A stretch of DNA of 64,000 nt from NCBI RefSeq assembly GCF_009914755.1, contig NC_060929.1; one strand, given 5' to 3'. Of this stretch, positions 1 to 12,483 are shown piece by piece. Position 1 is the stretch's first letter. Each line of letters opens with the position of its first letter. The position numbers were made by a program, and so were the translations under genes. The notes beneath the pieces are model-generated. The model saw nothing but the letters and a program-made list of their open reading frames with translations, searched no databases and was not told where the DNA came from. Source of the stretch: the human T2T-CHM13v2.0 reference genome, Homo sapiens.

Positions 1-403
1 AGCCAGGCATGGAAAGCAGATTTTAATCTAGCAAGAAACGGAAGGGTAAAACAGTCAAAATAAATAACTAAAAGGAAATTTAAAGAAACTCAAAAGAAAC
101 GTGTTTCTCCTCTCCCTCTCTCTCACATACATATACACCACAAAATTTACCCAGGATTGTCCTGCCCTCCGTGTAGGATCATCAGATACTGACATACAAC
201 ACAAAGTAATGACAACCTCTTCACAGACTCAATAAATCCTGGGACTAAAATTCATTCATTCTAGAAATAAAGTCTGTGTTCAAGGACACAAAGTGTGGAA
301 TAAAGGGTAAACATTTTTAATCAATGTTTCCAAATATAATTATGAAAAATGAGCAAATACTCCAACAAGGCTACACTACTAGGATACTGGATTCAACCAA
401 AGT

Positions 404-605
404 GAGGGTTAGCCAACATTTTCTGCAAAGGGCTAGATAGTATATATTTTAGGTTTTGCACATCATACTCAACTCTGCTATTGTGGTATGAAGCTGTGAT
501 AGACAATACACAAATACAGGCTATGGTTGTGCTCCGCAAAAACCTCATTTACAAAACAGGCTGTAAATAGTATTTAGCCCATAAGCTATAGCTTGCCTAC
601 TCCTG
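404..605. mobile_element. MER58A-like hAT-Charlie DNA transposon relic
   Basis: AGGGTTAGCCAACATTTTCTGCAAAGGGCTAGATAGT...GCTTGCCTACTCCTG resembles the MER58 termini and body. Confidence 0.7.
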
Positions 606-637
606 AACCAAAGGATGAAGGACATTAAGATATTTAA

Positions 638-732
638 GTTATAAAGTATGTGATATATTTTTATTAAATATGTATATTTAATATATTTATATTAAATAAT
701 ATTTTTATTAAATATATCACATACTTTATAAC
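638..732. repeat. Perfect 23-bp inverted repeat with 49-bp almost pure AT spacer
   Basis: GTTATAAAGTATGTGATATATTT (638-660) and its reverse complement AAATATATCACATACTTTATAAC (710-732). Confidence 0.95.
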
Positions 733-3016
733 CCTGTGCTAATAATATAAAATAATATACTATCAATGATTGTTATATGTAATTCTTGATGTTCAAATGC
801 CTTTTGAATAAGATCTGGTCAAATAAGAGCTAAAACATACCCATTCATTCTTCTTTCACTCCCATCACACAAACAATGAAATAAAAACAGTGATATAAAG
901 CCAGCTACCCCTGGGGAGGGACCCTCTTAGGTAGCTAATATATTTGATTCCTATTTTTCCATCAAAATGAGATCCCCATGTAGCTCCAACTATATATTCT
1001 ATTGTACCATTTTGAAAATAATGTGAAGGGACAAACTTGTAGCAATATCTCAAAAGCAGTTGACACTGACATCTAACTTTAAGAGATGGCTCATAAAGGA
1101 TGTTTAGTGCTTCAAACAAGTGACATTGTATAAAGATTAGCACTTGGCAATGACATTGATTGCTTGCTAAAAATTTCACCTTAATCACTATCAAATCATA
1201 TTATTTAACCAACTTGGTGCTCTTGGGGCCCGCTGAACACTCCACTATTTTTTTTTTATCAACTGGCAGTGTGGATAGAAAGCAAAATTTAAAAAATCAA
1301 ATTAGCTTCCACCTCAAAATCCTAATTACATTTGTGACAGCTGTGAGCAAAATATGGTCCTAAATAAAATGTTAGATAGCATTAATGATATGATCAAAAA
1401 AGATGAAAAATCACAAGTGACAAGGGAAAACATTTGATATGTGACAAAAAAAAAAAAAAGAATGACAACAAAGGAAATCCTCCAATCTCACAAAGAAATC
1501 CTTCAGATTGTCCTGGGCAGGTCTTATCAAATACCATATGGTTATAATGCCAAAGCCCAGGTGCAAAGGGTAAAACAAAAACAAAACATAACCAAACCTT
1601 ACAGATGTTCCAGATTGAAGGCAATGACAATAACAACCCCTGGACATGTACAGAGAATTTAATTCTAACAAAAAAAATCAATGTTGCTCAACATTTAAAA
1701 GAAGGTTTGGGGAAAACTTTTGTTTTGCTTTTAGCTTTAAAGAAAAATATAAGTGTAAACATCCATCCACTATATACACACCTGGGTACACGCTAGTGTG
1801 TACACAACACAGCTAAGGAGGCTACATGAAATTCACTAAGGAGATCTTTATAAATTTTCAATTCTCCCTCTAGCCACTCTAAATCCTTCCCAGGCAAAGA
1901 ATATTTCCCAACTCTAACAAGAAAAAAAAATATGATCTATATGCAAAGCTTATGTGTTCAAGAAACTCTAGCTCCAATCTTCAGATACTTTTTAATCAAT
2001 ATGCAAATGAGAAATGCTTCCCTGCAAAATTATTGGGTCCTTATTTTAATTTTAGCATTAAACCAACAATTAGCGCCTAATGACTATTTCTTGACTTAAA
2101 GTCTTCAACTTTACAAACGTGTACGTAGCACTATTTAAGTGGACATAAACATTCATTATTAAAAAAAAATAGGAAGGGCCACCATTATAAATGAAGCCTT
2201 CTTTTCCTTTTCCTAGGAAAATAATGCAAAGTAAAAGTATGTCCAAATGACCATCCAGGCCCCTTTCCTATAAGCTCTGCCTTTGCCCAGTTTGTACAGG
2301 TAAACCTAACGTTAGGCCCATCCTGTAAAATGATACATCCTCCTGATATTTCTTGTCCCCTATCTGGTGATCAAAACTATTCATTCTCTAAGTCCTTGTT
2401 AGGTAACTGGCTAAAAATCTGGAAAACAAAAAACAAAAAAAACAAAAAAAAAACATTTCAGCCAAAGGTATCAATGACCATTAAAAGAAAATGTGTTACC
2501 CCTTCCCAAATGACAAAGGCATTTTATCAGGAAACTCCAATGCTGTGGACTCTTGCGTCCTATGACCAAGTAGACGAGACAAGTATATAATTCAGAGCAA
2601 AGAGGCTTTAAGCAACTGTAGAGTCACATTATCTAGTCAGCTTTCTTTTATCTACACATAGACTAGCAATGTTAATTTCAATGGGCTAATCAAGGTAGAC
2701 TTTGCTTAGTGACTTAAAAGTTGATAATTAAGAGGCCAGAAGAACAGATTTCTTTGTCACGGAAGAATTTGAAACAGATAAACTCAATCTGTAGAAATAG
2801 TAGTTGAGATCATTGGTGAACTGCCATCTTGAAGCAAACCATCCCTTATAAAGTGACAGTTTATTCATTTATATGTTCTTAAACATATTCATTGTATATT
2901 TAAAAATTAATATGTTTGAGAAATATAAGCAAGATAGATTGGTGATAAATAAAAGAAAGATAAGTTTCCTATACCTGTATATTTACTACATTATATTATA
3001 GGGAAGAAAACAGAAC

Positions 3017-3175
3017 CAGTATTTGTCAATGTGGTCCAAGAATCATCTTCATCTGAGTCACTGGTTATACCTTTGAAAATGCTTACTCCTGGGCCCCACC
3101 ATAGAATTTCTGACTCAGAATCACTAATGAGACAAAGGATCTGCACTTTTAATAGATCCCTAATCCATTTTAATG
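3017..3175. mobile_element. MER5-like DNA transposon relic
   Basis: CCTGGGCCCCACC...ATTTCTGACTCAG...ATCTGCACTTTTAA motifs typical of MER5. Confidence 0.55.
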
Positions 3176-3275
3176 ATGGTATTTCCACAGAATCCTGTTA
3201 TATTATTTACAGGTCATATTTATTGATATCCAAGATAATGGCAGCAAGCAAAATATCTTCAGAAATAAAATCAGA

Positions 3276-4249
3276 CCACCATCAGTGTGAACAGGCAACC
3301 TACAGAGTGGGAGAACATTTTTGCAACCTACTCATCTGACAAAGGGCTAATATCCAGAATCTACAATGAACTCAAACAAATTTACAAGAAAAAAACAAAC
3401 AACCCCATCAAAAAGTAGGCGAAGGACATGAGCAGACACTTCTCAAAAGAAGACATTTATGCAGCCAAAAAACACATGAAAAAATGCTCACCATCACTGG
3501 CCATCAGAGAAATGCAAATCAAAACCACAATGAGATACCATCTCACACCAGTTAGAATGGCAATCATTCAAAAGTCAGGAAACAACAGGTGCTGGAGAGG
3601 ATGTGGAGAAATAGGAACACTTTTACACTGTTGGTGGGACTGTAAACTAGTTCAAACATTGTGGAAGTCAGTGTGGCGATTCCTCAGGGATCTAGAACTA
3701 GAAATACCATTTGACCCAGCCATCCCATTACTGGGTATATACCCAAAGGACTATAAATCATGCTGCTATAGAGACACATGCACACGTGTGTTTATTGTGG
3801 CACTATTCACAACAGCAAAGACTTGGAACCAACCCAAATGTCCAACAATGATAGACTGGATTAAGAAAATGTGGCACATATACACCATGGAATACTATGC
3901 AGCCATAAAAAAGGATGAGTTCATGTCCTTTGTAGGGACATGGATGAAGCTGGAAACCATCATTCTCAGCAAACTATGGCAAGGACAAAAAAACAAACAC
4001 CGCATATTCTCACTCATAGGTGGGAATTGAACAATGAGAACACATGGACACAGGAAGGGGAACATCACACACCGGGGACTGTTGTGGGGTGGGGGGAGGG
4101 GGGAGGGATACCATTAGGTGATACACCTAATGCTGAATGATGAGTTAATTGGTGCAGCACACCAACATGGCACATGTATACATATGTAACAAACCTGCAC
4201 GTTGTGCACATGTACCCTAAAACTTAAAGTATAATAATTTTAAAAAAAA
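3276..4249 (+). mobile_element. 5'-truncated L1PA4/PA5-like LINE-1 (ORF2 C-terminus, 3'UTR, A-tail)
   Basis: ORF 3428-4030 is the ORF2p C-terminus ([18 protein letters not shown] zinc knuckle, ends IGGN); G-rich 3'UTR; TSD AAATAAAATCAGA at 3263-3275 and 4247-4259. Confidence 0.95.
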
Positions 4250-4715
4250 TAAAATCAGAGTTTTCTAATCAACAGTCTGCAAGCAGTGGTCATGGTCCTC
4301 CTAGGACCAGCAGGATAGCATTGGCACATACATCTCTTGGTGACAGCAACAGCACAAGATAGTAAATAAAAACACACAAGGTCTTTTAAGAGCTACACTC
4401 AAATCTGGTATACTGTCACTTCTCCCTCATTCTGCTGGTCAAAACAGTCATACAACCAAACCCAAAGTCATGCAAAACACTTTATATTTTATAAGGATAC
4501 ATGAATACATAAAGACATATACCAAACACATTCAAGTAAATGTTACAGGATAGGCAGGAATGGAGGTGGGGTTCTAGATAAAGCATAACTAAATGAGTAA
4601 TTAAAATAAGGAGACTTACACAGCCTAAGGAAAATAATGTTCTTTGAACTGAGTGGTATGAGTAACTCAATATTTTGAAAAGAATTTTGTAGCCAGTATC
4701 TAAAAAGTATAAAAA

Positions 4716-4847
4716 GGCCAGGCACAGTAGCTCATGCCTGTAATCCCAGCACTCTGGGAGGCGAAGGCGAATGGATCCCTTGAGCCCAGGAGTTCGAGAC
4801 CAGACTGAGCACATAGTGAGACCCCTATCTCTAAAAAATAAATAAAA
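4716..4847 (+). mobile_element. Alu left monomer (FLAM-like)
   Basis: GGCCAGGCACAGTAGCTCATGCCTGTAATCC...GAGACCCTATCTCT followed by an A-rich tail; no right arm. Confidence 0.85.
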
Positions 4848-5856
4848 TTTTAAATATATAAATATATATGTTTTTATATATTTATATACATCTTCAGACT
4901 GTTGAAGTAACTTACCCAGGGATAAGCTTCTTAGGTTAAGTGCTTATCTGCTAATTATGGCTTAGCTTGGGCTAGAAAGCATTTCTTTTCCAGCTATATC
5001 ATATAGACTATCATCTCTAAAATAATACCCATTAGTCCTGCAACTTACACTAGTTATTACAGTCTATTTTTAAAACAAGTTAATTTTGATTTAATAAGGT
5101 GTTAATTGAGTGCTTTAAATATTTCCAGTCTTTGAGTCTAATTTGATGTGTTTTCAAGAAACTTATGAGAACTTAGATGGGTAAGATAAGACTTAAATAC
5201 ATAAAATGGATAAATAACACCATCATTTAGATATAGTTTTAATTCAACAAATATGTTTTAATTGCAGCCTGTGTGCTAATCTCTGCAAAAGATGTACATA
5301 TGAGGAAGAGGTCCCAGGGTAAGTATCAAAAGAGGATACAATGTGGAAAACTTTTCAAAGACAGGATCACACGCAGTTGGAGAAGTCAGAAAAGCCTTCA
5401 CAGAGGAAGGGGCACAAGAGATGAGCCTTAAAAGATGCATCACATTTCAGTAGGTTCAGACCTAGAAAAGTAGAAGGAAATTCTAGGTGGCAAGAACAAC
5501 AAAGATACACAAGTAGAGGTTAAAGGTATAATATTTGAGTATCACAGCATAGAAATGCAAACAATCAACCTATTGAATGGCTCAGGTGAGTTAGCCACTG
5601 CATCAGGTGCTAGAAATACAAAAATTAATGTAACATGAGTCCCAATCTTGAAGTGCCCACAGTTTGGCTATCAGTGTGTTGAGTTCCTGACATGGATGAG
5701 CTCATGAGGAATCAGGTGGAAAGAGCAATGATAAGAAGTGTAACAGCAGAAACATGGAGCACTACTACATGTGAGATGGAGAAGAGGAAAAAGCCAGAAG
5801 AAAAGGTAAAAAGGGTCTGTGAAAAAATGTTTGCAATTTGTATTTATACCAAAATC

Positions 5857-6033
5857 ATTAGCCAGGCATGGTGGCATATGCCTGTAATCCCAGCTACTTG
5901 GCAGGGGCTGAGGTGGGAGGATCACTTGAGCCCAGGTCAAGGCTTCAGTGAGCCAAGATCACACAACTGCACTCCAGCCTGGGTGACAAAGTGAGACCCT
6001 GTGGCAGGAAAAGAAAAAAACTGAGAAAAAAAA
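5857..6033 (+). mobile_element. Alu right monomer (FRAM/AluJ fragment)
   Basis: TTAGCCAGGCATGGTGG...GGAGGATCACTTGAGCCCAGG...GAGACCCTGT followed by an A-rich tail. Confidence 0.85.
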
Positions 6034-6810
6034 ATCAACAGTTCAATATAAAATGGGCAAAAGATATGGAGAGTTCACCGAAGAAATGAAAATAGCCCTT
6101 AAATATGAAAAGATGCTTAACCTGGATCTTGATAAGTAGTGTAAGTTAAAACTACACTGAGATACTATTTCGGATAAATCAAACTAACAAAAGTCCTTAT
6201 GCTTGACAATTCAGTGTACTGCTTTCAAGGCTTTAAGGAAAGTCCACTTTCATACATTAATGGAGGAAATGCACAACAGTACAGCACCTATGGAAGGGAA
6301 TTTAGCAAGACTTTAATTACATACGTGACTTGCATCATACCTCTCCTGAACAGTGCTGCTCTAGATCTAATTATCAGCTTACAGAAAATTTAGGGGACAG
6401 GGGACATGTTGAAGACACCCAAATTCAGACAGCCATATCCAGTATGAGGAAAATTCTAATACAAAAATGATTCATATTCCAAAATAGATGACAAGAACAG
6501 GGAAATTGAACACAGACCAATTCCTGGATGATTCAAAGAATAACCATTAATCCTTAGGTGTGCTAATGCCATCTGGGTTTTTTAAGTCTCTATGTTTTAG
6601 AGATACATACGGAATTATTTGTAGTTCAAATGATATGCAGTCTGAGACTTGCTTTAATCTCCTGAAAAATAAAGTATGAGGAGATAGATAAAATCAGAAT
6701 AACAAAGCAATGACCATTATTGAAGCTGGGTCATGGAAACAGGGCTTCATTATACTGTTTTTTTCTACTTCTATTTAGGTTCAAAATTTTTAATAATTAA
6801 AAACGTTTTT
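6034..6810 (+). mobile_element. Degraded old L1M (L1MC/ME-type) 3' fragments
   Basis: AAAATGGGCAAAAGATATG...ATGAAAAGATGC and CATTATACTGTTTTTTTCTACTT resemble L1M 3' regions. Confidence 0.5.
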
Positions 6811-6932
6811 TAAAAATTAATTACTGGAGATACAAAAGTGTCAGCTAAGGAGTGCAATGTCCCTGATGTTATCTTTTTAAAAAAGGAAAATTAAGCATCA
6901 TCTCCTAGTACTATAGAAATATGTAAAGATCC

Positions 6933-7987
6933 ATGATAAATAACATCAGCAAAGTTTCAAGATACAAAATCAGTGTACAAAAGTCAGTAGCATTTCTATA
7001 CACCAAAACATCCAAGCTGAGAGCCAAATCAGAACACAATCCCATTCACAATAGTCACAAAAAGAATAAGATACCTGGGTATACAGCTAACCAGAGGGTG
7101 AAAGAGCTCTACAATAAGAATTACAAAACACTGCTCAAAGGAATCAGAGATTACATAAACAAATGGAAAACATTTTGTGCTCATAGGTGGAAAGAATCAA
7201 TATCATTAAAATGGCCATACTACCCAAAACTACTTACAGATTCACTGCATTCCTATCAAGTTACCAATGACATTCTTCACAGAATTAGAAAAAACTCCTT
7301 TAAAATTCATAGGGAACCAAAAAGGAGCCCAAATAGCCGAGGCAATCCTAAGCAAAAAGAACAAAGTGGGAGGGATCATGTTACCTGACTTCAAACTATA
7401 CTTCAAGGCTACAGTAACCAAAACAGCATGGTACTAGCACAAAAACAGACACATAGACCAATGAAATAGAACAGAGAGCCCAAAAATAAATGCTGCACAC
7501 TTACAACCATCTTATATCCAACAAAGTCAACAAAAACAAGCAATGGGAAAAAGACTACCTATTCCATAAATGATGCTAAGATAACTGGCTAGCCATATGC
7601 AGAAGATTGAAACTGGACCCCTTCCTTATACCACATACAAAAGTCAACTCAAGATGGGTTAAAGACTTACATGTAAGACCCCAAACTATAAAAACCATGG
7701 AAGACAACCTAGGCAATATCATTCTAGACATAGAAAGGGTAAAGTTTTCATGACAAAGATGCCAAAAGCAATTGTGGTAAAAATAAAGATTGACAAATGG
7801 GTCCTAACTAAACTAAACAGCTTCTGCACAGCAAAAGAAACTATCAACAGGGTAAACATACAACCTACAGAATGGAAAAAACATTGTAAACTATGCATTC
7901 AATAAAGGTCTAATATCCAGAAACTGTAAGGAACTTATACAAATTAGCAAGCAAAAAACAAACAACCCCATTAAAAAGTAGGCAAAG
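6933..7987 (+). mobile_element. Outer L1 (L1PA15/16-like), 5' piece
   Basis: ORF2-derived (INNISKVSRYKISVQKSVAFLY); resumes at about 20425; flanking TSD AGAAATATGTAAAGA at 6915-6929 and 21242-21256. Confidence 0.9.
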
Positions 7988-9507
<1,520 letters not shown>

Positions 9508-10609
9508 TGAGAGGTGACAATGTGCTAGTAGCCCTCGCTCACTCTCGGTGCCTCCTTGGCTTGGCGTCCACTCTGGCCACACTTGGGGAGCCCTTCAGCC
9601 TACTGCTGTGCTATGAGGGCCCCTCTCTGGGGCTGGCTGAGGCCAGAGCCAGTTCCCTCTGCTCACAGGGAGGTGTGGAGGGACAGGCGCGGGGGGGAGC
9701 CGGGGCTGTGCACAGCACTCAGAGGCCAGCGTGGGTTCTGGGTAGGTGCGGGCTCAGTGGGCCCCACACTCGACATGGCCAGCCGACACCTGCTGGGCTT
9801 GATCAGTGGCTGGGTCCCATGCTTGGACAATTGTTCCCTCTTCACAGGGTCATTGGCCATGATGGCGGGTCTCCATCTCTGTCTCACTTCCCCTCTTTTC
9901 CTCTTGGTTGTCTGGGATGAGCTCCTTCTGGGCTGCCAAAGTGCCCGGGCTAGGAGCTGCAAAGTCCTGTGGCAAGTGCCAGTGAGAGGTGAAGCCAGCT
10001 GGGCTTCTGGGACGTGTAGGGACTTGGAGAACTTTTGTGTCTAGCTAAAGGATTGTAAACACACCTATCAGCACTCTGTGTCTAGCTAAAGGTTTGTAAA
10101 TGCACCAATCAGCACTCTGTGTCTAGCTAAAGGATTGTAAACGCACCAATCAGCACTCTGTGTCTAGCTAAAGGATTGTAAACACACCAATCAGCACTCT
10201 GTCAAAACGGACCAATCAGCTGTCTGTAAAACGGACCAATCAACTCTCTGTAAAATGGACCAATCAGCAGGATGTGCGTGGGGCCAGATAAGGGAATAAA
10301 AGCAGACCACCTGAGCCAGCAGCAGCAACCCACTCGGGTCCCCTTTGACACTGTGGAAGCTTTGTTCTTTCGCTCTTTGCAATAAATCTTGCTGCTGCTC
10401 ACTCTTTGGGTCTGCACCAACTTTCTGAGCTGTAACACTCACCACGAAGGTCTGCAGCTTCACTCCTGAGGCCAATGAGAGCATAAACCCACTCAAAGGA
10501 ATGAACAACTCCAAACGTGCTGCCTTTAAGAACGGTAACACTCACTGCGAGGGTATGCGGCTTCATTCTTGAAGTCAGCGAGACCAAGAACCCACCAATT
10601 CTGGACACA
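9508..10609 (+). promoter_or_regulatory. 5' LTR (LTR12 family, LTR12B-like long U3), 1102 bp
   Basis: GC-rich U3; ~41-bp TCTAGCTAAAGG...CCAATCAGCAC tandem repeats (NF-Y CCAAT boxes); GGGAATAAAAG TATA-like box at about 10292; AATAAA at 10381; ends GGACACA. Confidence 0.95.
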
Positions 10610-10612
10610 TTT

Positions 10613-10630
10613 TGGTGACCACGAAGGAAC
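10613..10630 (+). promoter_or_regulatory. Primer-binding site, tRNA-Arg
   Basis: TGGTGACCACGAAGGAAC directly after the 5' LTR; 2 mismatches to TGGCGACCACGAAGGGAC; retroviral splice donor G|GTGAGT follows at 10650. Confidence 0.85.
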
Positions 10631-11790
10631 CATCGCTTATCGCCAAGTGGTGAGTACCACTGGACCCCTTTCACTTGCTATTCTGTCCTATTTTTCCTTA
10701 GAATTCGGAGGTTAAATACCAGGCACCTGTCGGCCAGTTAAGAGCAACTAGCATGGCTGCCAGACTAAAGACACTGGTGTCAGGCTTTCTGGGAAAGGGC
10801 TCTCTAACAATCCCTGCCTCTTCGGAGTTTGGAGCATTTGTTTGCCTGGAACCAGCTTCCACTTTTCCTGTACTTCTGGGCTGAGCCAAGGGTCGACAGA
10901 GAGGAAAGCCATTCAGCTCCGGGGTCCCAACAACAAGTTGGTTGACCCTGTGGCCATGAGCAGAACTCTCAAAGTCATGTCACCCAAGGGAGACTCACCC
11001 ATCTATTCTATCTACCCTGACCATTGCCTCCTGGGTCCTAATGCCTGCCAAACAAACTTCCTCTCACCTCTCTTCTCTGAGGCTAGTCCCACTTCTAAAA
11101 ATCTCTCCCTGTCTTTGGTGCTTTTCTAGTTTCTCCTATGAGAATGATTTCTAATATAAACTCCAGGACTCTGTTACCTTCTTTAGGCACCTGGGCTCAC
11201 CAATCAGAAAGACATAATTTTTGCCCAAAGCCCCATCATAGTGGGGACTATCTGGAATTTTAGGATCCCTCCCTCAGACTAGCAGGGCTAACAAAAGTTA
11301 TTCCTGAAGCTAGGATATGGGGAGCCTCAGAAATTTTATCCTTCCTATTTATATAAGTGAGAAGAAAAGGTGTCACTCTTCCAACTCTGGAGATCCCTCC
11401 CCTCCCTCAGGGTATGGCCCTTCACTTCATTTTTGGGGCATAACATCTTTATAGGACACAGGTAAGGTCCCAATACCAACAGGAGAACGCTTAGGACTCT
11501 AACAGGTTTTCGAGAATGCGTCGGTCAAGGCCACTAAATCCGATTTTTCTCAGTCCTCTTTGTGGTCTAGGAGGACAGACAAGGGTGCAGGTTTTCGAGA
11601 ATGTGTTGGTAAGGGCCACTAAATCCAACCTTCCTCAGTCCCCCTTGTGGTCTGGGAGGAAAACTAGTGTTTCTGCTGCTGCGTCGGTGAGTTCAACTAT
11701 GCCCATCAGGAGGGTCCAGGGACTGTTGCAGGTTCTCGGGCAGGGGGAGAAACAAAACAAACCAAAACCATGGGCAGTTTTGGCTTTCAG

Positions 11791-12483
11791 ATGGGAAACA
11801 CTCAGGCATCAACAGGCTCACCCTTGAAATGCGTCCTAAGCCATTGGGACCAATTTGACCCACAAACCCTGAAAAAGAGGTGGCTCATTTTTTTCTGCCC
11901 TACAGCCGGGCCCCAATATTCTCTCTCTGATGGGGAAAAATGGCCACCTGAGGGAAGTACAAATTACAATACTATCCTGCAGTTTGACCTTTTCTGTAAG
12001 AGGGAAGGCAAATGGAGTGAAATACCTTATGTCCAAGCTTTCTTTTCATTGAAGGAAAATACACAACTATGCAAAGCTTGCAATTTACATCCCACAGGAG
12101 GACCTCTCAGCTTACACCCGTATCTTAGGCTCCCTATAGATCCCCTTCCTATTAATGATAAGCCTCCTCAAATCTCCCCTGCCCAGAAGGAAATAAGCCA
12201 AGAAATCTCCAAAGGACCACAAAAACCCCCAGGCTATCGGTTATGTCCCCTTCAAGCTGTAGGGGGAGGGGAATTTGGCCCAACCCAGGTACATGTCCCC
12301 TTCTCCCTCTCTGATTTAAAGCAGATCAAGGCAGACCTGGGTAAGTTTTCAGATGATCCTGATAGGTACATAGATGTCCTACAGGGTCTAGGGCAAACCT
12401 TCGACCTTAATTGGAGAGATAGCTGGAGCTATTATCTACATGAATATGGGGAACAAGTTACCCATTTGTTGTCCCCTACTTGA
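11791..12483 (+). pseudogene. gag: HERV9 gag, truncated (MA plus N-terminal CA), fused out of frame to pro/pol by a deletion at 12420
   Basis: MGNTQAST...WPPEGS...GKWSEIPYVQAFF...VPFSLSDLKQIKADLGKFSDDPDRY...FDLNWRD, then an out-of-frame tail. Confidence 0.9.

Noticed and set aside
3428-4030. 200-aa ORF as a host gene
   Set aside because: L1 ORF2p C-terminus of a 5'-truncated copy with no promoter.
10036-10270. Regular ~41-bp and 24-bp repeats resembling a CRISPR or novel array (also 18220-18512)
   Set aside because: No unique spacers; these are the known LTR12 U3 enhancer repeats.
11502-11661. ~75-bp direct repeat in the proviral leader
   Set aside because: As I recall, a standard feature of the HERV9/HERV-W-group 5' leader rather than something locus-specific.
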